Shown here: one piece after another, positions 1 to 8,200 of the stretch | Numbering within the stretch: position 1 is the stretch's first letter | Layout of the letters: each line of letters starts with the position of its first letter | IMG/VR virus record: IMGVR_UViG_3300008267_000014 | Coordinates: 1-64,000 of that record | DNA from: a virus | Length of the DNA stretch: 64,000 bases | Direction: 5' to 3' (one strand) | Translations under genes and position numbers: made by a program | The notes under the pieces: generated by a model | Databases searched by the model: none | What the model was told of the DNA's origin: nothing | Seen by the model: only the letters and a program-made list of their open reading frames with translations

Positions 1-234
1 TAATTAAATAATATTATAAATAACTGGATTCTAGACTAGAAAATATTGATTTTTTTTTTAAAAGTAAATAGATAAATTTTAACCTTCATGTTATTAATTT
101 CTATTTTACTATCAGTATCAAAAAAAATAATAATTTTATATTTTTTCTATTTACTTGATATTTATTAATAATGTTATTTCACATTAAGATAACAAATATA
201 AAAATATAATAAAAAAAGTAAAAAAAATAATATT

Positions 235-723
235 ATGGCAGACTTACTAATGAAAATGCCGGTCCCTTATGAGCCGAAAAGACAGAATAGATTTATTCTT
301 AGATTTCCATCAGAATTAGGAATAAATGAATGGTATGTTGAATCAGCATCAAGACCAACTGTTACTGTTAACCCTGTTGCAATCCCATTTTTAAATACCG
401 AAACTTACGTTGCGGGTAAATTTACATGGGGTACTATTAGTGTTAAATTTCGTGACCCTATTGGACCTTCAGCTACTCAAGCGTTAATGGAGTGGGTTAG
501 GTTATGTGCCGAATCAGTTACAGGTCGTATGGGTTACGCCGCAGGTTACAAGAAAAACGTCGATTTAGAAATGTTAGACCCGACTGGTGTTGTAATTGAA
601 AAATGGATACTTGAAGGTACATTTTTATCGAGTGTTAACTATGGTAGTTTGGGTTATGGTAATGATGGTTTGGTTACTATTGATGCTGTTTTAAGACCTG
701 ACCGTTGTATATTAGTATACTAA
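235..723 (+). CDS. Tail tube protein (T4 gp19-like)
   Basis: 162 aa with YEPKRQNRF, RPTV..IPFLN..YVAGKFTWGTISVKFRD and LDPTGVVIEKWILEG motifs typical of gp19-type tubes; lies upstream of chaperone and tape measure genes. Confidence 0.85.
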   Translation: MADLLMKMPVPYEPKRQNRFILRFPSELGINEWYVESASRPTVTVNPVAIPFLNTETYVAGKFTWGTISVKFRDPIGPSATQALMEWVRLCAESVTGRMGYAAGYKKNVDLEMLDPTGVVIEKWILEGTFLSSVNYGSLGYGNDGLVTIDAVLRPDRCILVY

Positions 724-743
724 AAGATTGATTTTATTAAATT

Positions 744-796
744 AAATCCATATATTTATCAAATAATCTTGATAGATATATGGATTTTTCTTTTTT
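744..796 (+). terminator. 19-bp hairpin plus U-tract ending the tube transcript; contains the ATG of the next gene
   Basis: AAATCCATATATTTATCAA (744-762) pairs with TTGATAGATATATGGATTT (769-787) with one G-U pair, followed by TTCTTTTTT. Confidence 0.75.
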
Positions 797-2366
797 CACA
801 GTTGATAATAAATCGGGCTATAAAACAAAAGAAAGTTGGTTATCTAAAAACCATCCTCAATTATATACTGATATAATCGAGTATTGTGAAAATTTAAAAA
901 TAAATCTTTCATTTAAGGAAAAGATTTATTTTTTTTTCAACAAATTAACTGAAAGACCTAAATGTTTGACTTGTAATTCTGAAATAAAATTCAGAGATAG
1001 GTTTGATAAACCATACGGTGAATTTTGTTCTGTATTATGTATTAATTCTAATAAAACTGAAATGTTGAAGAGAATTAAAAAAACGATGAATGATAATTAT
1101 GGGGTCGATTATTATCCCCAACATGATGAGTTCTTAACTAAACAAAAGTTAAGTAAATTATTAAAATTTGGTGATGAAAATTATAATAATCATGAAAAGG
1201 GTAAAAATACTAAATTAGAAAAATATGGGGATTTTAACTATAATAACCATGACAAATATAAACAAACTTGTATTGATAAATACGGAAATGATAATTTCAG
1301 TAAATCAACTGAATATAAAAATCAAACAATAACTTCTTTTAAAAAAACTTATGATAATATCAATATAATAGATGTTATTAAAGATAATGTAACAATTTTA
1401 TGTGATAAATGTGATTCCTATTACATTGTTACAAAACAATTAATATATGAAAGGAATAAAAGAAATTATGAAATATGTACAGTCTGTAATCCGATTGGTC
1501 AAAACCAACGAAGTGGATATGAAAACGAGATTTGTGATTTTTTTAATGAAAAAAATATAAAGTATATTCCAAATAAAAGAATTTCTTACGGTAAAAGTGA
1601 AATTGATATTTTCTTACCTGATTATTCATTAGGTATAGAATTTAATGGTTTATATTGGCACAATGAATTGTTTAAAGATAAAAATTATCATTTAAATAAA
1701 ACAAACTTGTGTAACGAAAATAAAATCGAATTGATTCATATCTTTGAAGATGAATGGATTTATAAAAAAGACATTGTTAAGTCGATATTAAATAATCGAA
1801 TTGGTTTTTTTTCTAACAAAATATACGCTAGAAAATGTGATATACGTGAAATAAGTTCAAATGACTCTAAAATGTTTTTAAATAATAATCATATTCAAGG
1901 GAATGTTAATTCTAAAGTTAGGATTGGTTTATTTTATGAAAACAACTTAGTTTCTTTAATGACATTTTCTAGTGGTAGAATTATAATGGGAGGTAAAAAA
2001 ACTGAATGGGAATTAAATAGATTTTGTAATCTAATTAATTTTAATGTAATAGGTGGTGCTTCAAAATTATTAAAATATTTTATAAAAAAATATACCCCAG
2101 AAAAAATCATTTCGTATTCTGATATAAGAATATTTAATGGTGGTATGTATGAAAAATTAGGGTTTGTTAAAATTTCACAATCTAAACCTAATTATTGGTA
2201 TATAATTAACGATATTAGAAAACATAGGTTTAATTATCGTAAATCTATCTTAATTAAAGAAGGTTATGATAAGAATTTAACCGAACAAGAAATTATGTTT
2301 AATAGAAAAATTTATAGAATTTATGATTGTGGGAATATAAGGTGGGAATATAATTTAACTACTTGA
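780..2366 (+). CDS. Hef-like free-standing homing endonuclease (Zn fingers, KYG repeats, PD-(D/E)xK/Vsr-like nuclease, C-terminal GNAT/Mom-like domain)
   Basis: CLTC..CSVLC and CDKC..CTVC Cys motifs, KYGxxN repeats, EIDIFLPDYSLGIEFNGLYWHN nuclease motif, C-terminal KIYARKC..ELNRF..ISYSD..GMYEKLGF; inserted in a conserved structural operon. Confidence 0.75.
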   Translation: MDFSFFTVDNKSGYKTKESWLSKNHPQLYTDIIEYCENLKINLSFKEKIYFFFNKLTERPKCLTCNSEIKFRDRFDKPYGEFCSVLCINSNKTEMLKRIKKTMNDNYGVDYYPQHDEFLTKQKLSKLLKFGDENYNNHEKGKNTKLEKYGDFNYNNHDKYKQTCIDKYGNDNFSKSTEYKNQTITSFKKTYDNINIIDVIKDNVTILCDKCDSYYIVTKQLIYERNKRNYEICTVCNPIGQNQRSGYENEICDFFNEKNIKYIPNKRISYGKSEIDIFLPDYSLGIEFNGLYWHNELFKDKNYHLNKTNLCNENKIELIHIFEDEWIYKKDIVKSILNNRIGFFSNKIYARKCDIREISSNDSKMFLNNNHIQGNVNSKVRIGLFYENNLVSLMTFSSGRIIMGGKKTEWELNRFCNLINFNVIGGASKLLKYFIKKYTPEKIISYSDIRIFNGGMYEKLGFVKISQSKPNYWYIINDIRKHRFNYRKSILIKEGYDKNLTEQEIMFNRKIYRIYDCGNIRWEYNLTT

Positions 2367-2404
2367 TATTTTAAAATTATATATTATTTTATAATAAAAA
2401 AGAA

Positions 2405-3157
2405 ATGGAAGAAACGTTAATACAAGCCGCAACTGAAAATTTTAATTTACCTCATGATGTTATTTATTTACCTAGTGGTGGTTCATTTTATAAATCTAAA
2501 AAGAAAAGTGTAAAGGTTGGTTATTTAACCGCCGCTGATGAAAATTACTTATTAAGTAATGGTTCAAAAGAAAACATAGTGATGACATTACTTCGTAATA
2601 AATTGTACGAACATGATATTAGACCTGAAGAAATGTTAGATGGTGATATTGAGGCAATCTTAATCTTTTTAAGAAATAGTTCTTTTGGTCCTGAATATAC
2701 TGTAACTTTAATTGACCCTAAGACTGATAAAAGTTTTTCACACACTGAAATTTTAGATGAATTAAGAATTAAAGAAACTTTAGTTAAACCTGATGAATTC
2801 GGTACATTTACAACTACTTTACCTAAGACAGGTTCATCTGTTAAATTAAAACCTATTACTTTTTTTGAAGGTTTAGAATTAGATAAGATGGCGGATAATT
2901 ACCCTGCTGGTCGTGTTGCACCGTTAATTACTTGGAGGTTAAATAAATATATCGTAGAAGTAAATGGGAATAGTGATAGAAGTATTATATCTCAATTTAT
3001 TGAACAATTACCGATATCTGATTCAAAATATATTCGTAATTTTATACAGGATAACACACCTTCATTAGATTTAAAAAGACAAGTTTTAGCCCCATCAGGA
3101 GAAAAGGTGACGTTTAACGTATCCTTTGGGGTTGACTTTTTTCGCCCTTTCTTCTAA
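2405..3157 (+). CDS. Tail assembly chaperone / baseplate hub assembly protein (T4 gp26-like)
   Basis: LPSGGSFY, YLTAADENYL, GDIEAILIFLRNSSFGPEY motifs and an FF-ending C-terminus; position between tube and tape measure. Confidence 0.7.
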   Translation: MEETLIQAATENFNLPHDVIYLPSGGSFYKSKKKSVKVGYLTAADENYLLSNGSKENIVMTLLRNKLYEHDIRPEEMLDGDIEAILIFLRNSSFGPEYTVTLIDPKTDKSFSHTEILDELRIKETLVKPDEFGTFTTTLPKTGSSVKLKPITFFEGLELDKMADNYPAGRVAPLITWRLNKYIVEVNGNSDRSIISQFIEQLPISDSKYIRNFIQDNTPSLDLKRQVLAPSGEKVTFNVSFGVDFFRPFF

Positions 3158-3296
3158 TTATAGTAAAACGTTAATTGAGGAATTTTACGTTTTATCAAAA
3201 TTTCTTAGAGTTTCATATAGTGATTATTTAATCATACCTACATATATGAGAAAACATTTAATCAATCGAATTATCGAAGATAATACGCCAAAGTAA
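3138..3296 (+). CDS. Unannotated +1-frame ORF (gp51-like / lambda T-like chaperone extension), probably reached by frameshift
   Basis: Frame open 3111-3296, encoding FFALSSNYSKTLIEEFYVLSKFLRVSYSDYLIIPTYMRKHLINRIIEDNTPK; no ATG until 3246; overlaps a TTTTTTCGC run. Confidence 0.65.
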   Translation, partial: FFALSSNYSKTLIEEFYVLSKFLRVSYSDYLIIPTYMRKHLINRIIEDNTPK

Positions 3297-3318
3297 AATA
3301 ATACTTTGGTGTATTTAT
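3284..3318 (+). terminator. Hairpin after the chaperone extension, overlapping a TATTTAT motif
   Basis: TACGCCAAAGTA pairs with TACTTTGGTGTA (one G-U), followed by TTTAT. Confidence 0.5.
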
Positions 3319-3339
3319 ATTATTAAAACATTATAATTT

Positions 3340-5154
3340 ATGGCTGGTAGTGAAGAAAATAAAGGTTCTCAACCTTTTAAAGAGGTTGCTGACATGCTCG
3401 GTAAAACAATTGCCGATGTATTAAGGAGTAATACTCAATTTGAATCTATAAAAAAAGAAATATATGATTTAGATACTCGGTATTCGACAATATCCAGAAC
3501 TATGGGGGTTGGTCGAGAATCGGCAATTGCTATTAAAACTGCATTGGCTGATTCATATTCATCAATTGCTAAATTAGGTGGTGGTTATGCGGAAATTAGT
3601 GAAATACAAAAGAGTGTTATTAATAACCTAAATCGTAATGTTATTGTTAGTTCTGACTATTTCGAAAAATTATATGCGACCGAATTAGTTACAGGACAAA
3701 AAAGTGATAGTTTAATCAAAAATTTTAAAGAAGTTGGTTTTTCATTATATAGTATTGCCGAACAAATGGAAGGTGTTGTTAGTAGAGCTAGAGAAGTTGG
3801 TGTAAGTGCTCAAGCGGTATCCTCTATGGTTATGACAAATATGAGTAAATTAAACTTATATAATTTTTCTAATGGTGTTGATGGATTATCTAAAATGGCA
3901 GTACAAGCGGCGTCAATGAGAATTGATATGGGTGAAATATTTAAATCGGCTGAAAAAGCGTTTAAACCTGAAGGTGCTATTGAAATGGCGGCCGCGTTCC
4001 AAAGATTAGGGGTTCAACAAAGTAATTTATTAGACCCGTTAAGGTTAATGAATATGGCTGAGAATAATCCTGAAGAATTACAAGAATCTTTAAGTGAATT
4101 ATCTAAATCATTTACGGAATTAGATGCGAAGACAGGAAGAATAAGAATAATGCCGGGTGCTCAACGTAGAATGAGAGAAGTAGCACAGGCGGCGGGTATT
4201 GGTGTCTCAGAATTTGCTAAAATGGCGATAGGTGCTGGTGAATTGGATTTAAAACTAAACAAGATTAAATTCCCTGAATTTGCAACTGAAGAACAAAAAG
4301 AATTCTTAGCGAATATCACTGAAATCGGTAAAGGTGGGGAAATGAAAATTAAAGTTGGTGGTTTAGAACAAGATTTAGAAAAGGTATTAAAAGAAGTTGG
4401 TGGTGATAAAGATAAGTTTGAAAAACTAATAGAAGCTTCAAAGCCTGTTACTATGGAAGATTTGGCGAAGCAACAATTAGATGTACAAACAAAACAATTA
4501 GGTGCTATCAATTCACTTAAAGGTGTTACTGGTAGGGCAATTGGTTCTAGTGAAACCGGTGAAATGCTTATAAAAACATCAAGTGAATTAACCGAAAAAA
4601 CAACAGGATTATTCCAAGGAGAAAAGTTATCACCTAAAACAATTAGAGAAGGTATTGATAGTAATTTGGGGGAATTTCTTAATGTTATTGAAGATATATC
4701 TAAAGGTAAAGGTACAATTGAGGATGTTGGTAAAGTTGTGAGTAAAATGTTCACTAACATGAGTAATTATGCTGAAGAAACATTTACGGAGATGTCAGAG
4801 ATTTTTAAGAAAAATAAACTTGATTTACAAACATCAAGTAGTGCTGGCAGTAGAATAACCGGTAATTTACTAGGTAAAGATGAAACGGTACAAAATAAAT
4901 CATTATTATTTTTACCGAGCGATGAAAGTACTAAAAATCAAAATTTACCGGAAGGTAAAGTTGAGGAAAAAATTGAAAGTAAACGAGAAGTTTCAGTTAA
5001 CGGTGCTTTAGATTTAAATGTTAAAATTGACGCTCCACCAACTATGGATAGTGCCAAATTAAATGAAATTATTAATTCAACTGAATTCCGTGAGAAACTC
5101 ATTAAAATAATTGACAATGCTAAAACATCTGACGGTCAATTAAAACCTAAATAA
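3340..5154 (+). CDS. Tail tape measure protein
   Basis: 604 aa, Ala/Lys/Glu/Met-rich, helical-looking, almost no Trp/Cys; directly follows the chaperone. Confidence 0.7.
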   Translation: MAGSEENKGSQPFKEVADMLGKTIADVLRSNTQFESIKKEIYDLDTRYSTISRTMGVGRESAIAIKTALADSYSSIAKLGGGYAEISEIQKSVINNLNRNVIVSSDYFEKLYATELVTGQKSDSLIKNFKEVGFSLYSIAEQMEGVVSRAREVGVSAQAVSSMVMTNMSKLNLYNFSNGVDGLSKMAVQAASMRIDMGEIFKSAEKAFKPEGAIEMAAAFQRLGVQQSNLLDPLRLMNMAENNPEELQESLSELSKSFTELDAKTGRIRIMPGAQRRMREVAQAAGIGVSEFAKMAIGAGELDLKLNKIKFPEFATEEQKEFLANITEIGKGGEMKIKVGGLEQDLEKVLKEVGGDKDKFEKLIEASKPVTMEDLAKQQLDVQTKQLGAINSLKGVTGRAIGSSETGEMLIKTSSELTEKTTGLFQGEKLSPKTIREGIDSNLGEFLNVIEDISKGKGTIEDVGKVVSKMFTNMSNYAEETFTEMSEIFKKNKLDLQTSSSAGSRITGNLLGKDETVQNKSLLFLPSDESTKNQNLPEGKVEEKIESKREVSVNGALDLNVKIDAPPTMDSAKLNEIINSTEFREKLIKIIDNAKTSDGQLKPK

Positions 5155-5180
5155 GATGATAAAAAAATATATAAACATTC

Positions 5181-5187
5181 TATTTAT
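5181..5187 (+). promoter_or_regulatory. Putative late promoter motif TATTTAT (representative copy)
   Basis: The same motif also lies upstream of starts at 159, 753, 3312, 17124, 21840, 26714, 29079, 37818, 44091, 53454, 57060 and on the minus strand at 63674-63680. Confidence 0.6.
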
Positions 5188-5203
5188 ATAATAAAAAAAT
5201 ACA

Positions 5204-8200
5204 ATGTCGAATAGTTCACTGTCTTTCATATCAACAAACAATTTTAGAAATAGTTTGATGGTAAAGAATTTAAAAAAATATTCTGTTGTTGGTAATTATA
5301 CACCACCTTCAGGTCCATTAAATTATGAAGCACCTATTAATAATTATTCGGTTAAAGATTCAGATGATACTCTAATATCTAATGACCCCTTTGCAAGTAA
5401 ATTATATCCGTTAAATACTTACGGTCCTAATGGTGGTTATAATTTGAATATTAGTTTTAACAGACCACCATTACCTGTTAAACCAAATCAAGGTCCTTAC
5501 AAACCTAACGAAAGTTATTTATTAAGTTTAAGTAATAACTTTTTAAATCGTTTACCTAAATCTCCGGCTATTATTAATACTTACATACCATTAGGTGGGT
5601 ATAAATCTACGTATGATGTTATCGATACTATTAATAAAAGACATATTTTTTTACCATATTTAAATAGTTTTAACGCTTCAACATATACCGCTTATGATAT
5701 TTTAAAATATGATAATCCTACAGGAAGTGATGGTTCTTTATCTCAAGATTCATTTATTGCTAAAATAGGTTCTAAACGATTAAATTTTTCGTTATCTGAA
5801 AGAATTAATGTTGAAACTAAAAAAACATTAACAGGTGGTCAAATTTTTAATATAACTGTCGGTAGTATTGATAGTGGGTTACAAAGTAGATTATCGGGAA
5901 GTTATTTCCCAACATCAACTATTCCTGGTGATTATTTTGACGATTCAAATCAACCTAATACATTAACTAATCAAACGGCTAATGCTTTAAACGTTGTTAA
6001 TAAATTAACAGGGGGATTTTTAGGTCCGATTTTAACAACAAAAACAAAACCATCCCAAGTCTTTATTAATAACTCAGGTGATGGTCAAGTTTCGTTATTA
6101 TTTAATAATCTTAGTTATAATAGATATAGTCCTGGGTACGATAAAAAAGGTCAAACAACATCTAATGTTGGTGTGGGAATCACTTCGTTATTACTTAACG
6201 CTGTCAATATAAACGGTGATATTAATAGTACGTATTATGTTGGTAGTAAAACTAACGAACCTTCATCTATAACATCCCCTATGGGGGCTGTACCTATCAC
6301 TCCATTTGGAGAACAAAGTTCGACACCTGTATACGGACCTTCCGAAATTGGACAATTATTCGAAGGTAATATTGGTCAATTAAATTTTGGATTAGCCGGT
6401 AAATCAACAAGTAATGGTGGTGGTCTTGATGGTGGTTTAGTTTGGGTTTCACCTAAATATAAATCAAATGCTGGATTTCACGCAGTACCTGGCGGAGGTA
6501 GTGGTAGTAAAGACGATGAATTTAATCAAATAAGTAGTTTATATTCTAAAGCAGAATCCACTAACTTAATTTTTAAACGTAGTTCTATTTTAGATTATAC
6601 CCAACGATTAGTTGATTCAGCAGATAACGTATCGGGAATTAATCGTTTAAAACATGTAGGTAATGCTATTAATCAAGTTAGTAAGGTTTTTAATGATGGT
6701 TATAAAGAAATAACTAAAGGGTCTCAAGTTTTATCATATCTTGATAATACAACAGGTAATGAAAAAGGTATCGAATATTGTCGAGTATTTACTAAAGACA
6801 CACCTTATTATACTTACGCTGATTTACAAAAAACAGATGGTATTACAACATCGGGTAGGAGATTTACTAATTCAGTATTAGATAATACGTTTAATTTGAA
6901 TATCGCACCACTTAAAAATCCTGGTTCTACTAATATACAACAAAATTCTAAAGGTGACTTCGTAGCTAAAAAATATATGTTCTCAATTGAGAATTTAGCT
7001 TGGAGAACATCGAGTAGAGATGGGTTTAGATATGATGACTTACCTGTTTGTGAAAAAGGACCTAATGGGGGTCGCGTAATGTGGTTTCCTCCGTATGATA
7101 TTTCGTTTAATGATAGTAGTACTGCTAATTGGCAACCAACCACATTTTTAGGTCGTCCTGAACCAATTTATACCTATAAAGATACTAATAGAACAGGTAG
7201 TTTAAGTTGGAAAATAATTGTTGACCACCCTTCAATTATGAATACGATAGTTGATAAACAATTAAAAGGTAAATCGAAAGAAAGAATTGATTCTATTATT
7301 AATTCATTTTTTGCGGGATGTGTTAAATATGACATTTATGAATTAGCTATTAAATTTAATACAATACCTGTTAATGAGTTATATACTTATCAACAAATTT
7401 TAAATAATCCAAGATTAACCGATGTTGAAACAGTATCTAATATTATTAAGAATATACCTGCCGGTAATTCAAATAATAATAACACACCTACATCAGACAT
7501 AACTAACAATAATAACAATAAAGAAGTTATCGTTGACCCGGCATTAGATGAGTTTAAAAACAATTATATTGATTTTGGATTCTATTTTGATAATGATGTA
7601 CCGGGACCTAGTAAAGGTACGGTTTCTAACGTTAATTTTGAATCGGCATATAATTCTTATGTATCGACATCTAATATAGATGAATATGTTAAAATATCTG
7701 AAAAAACATTTAACGATGGTTCTGAAAAAAATGTTAAATCTTTTTTTGATAATTTTGTGACAGGTAACTATAACAAGTTTTGTGGTGGTGATAAAAATTT
7801 CATAATAGATGCTTATAATATTTTAGAAAAAAAATTAGGTACTATAACTATTATAATGGAAGGTTCGGCGTCCGCAACGGCTAGTAATGATTATAACGCG
7901 TTATTATCACAACGAAGAATTGATTCTGTTAGAAAGTTTTTTGAAACTAAAGAAGTTGGTGGTAAATCACTTGGTAAGTTTTTAGGTAAAACATTTAATA
8001 TTAAATCGGCTACGGGTCGAGGAGAAGATACTGTAATTCCGAAATCTTATACTATCGATAATAAGGAAATTAATGATTCCCCAACAGGTCAAGAAGTTAA
8101 TTGTAATCAGGATATTAAAGATAAAAATGGTGTAGTCACTTCAAATTCACAAAAGTATTCTACAAGTGCTATGGCGTGTAGACGTGTTAAAATTAAAGAA

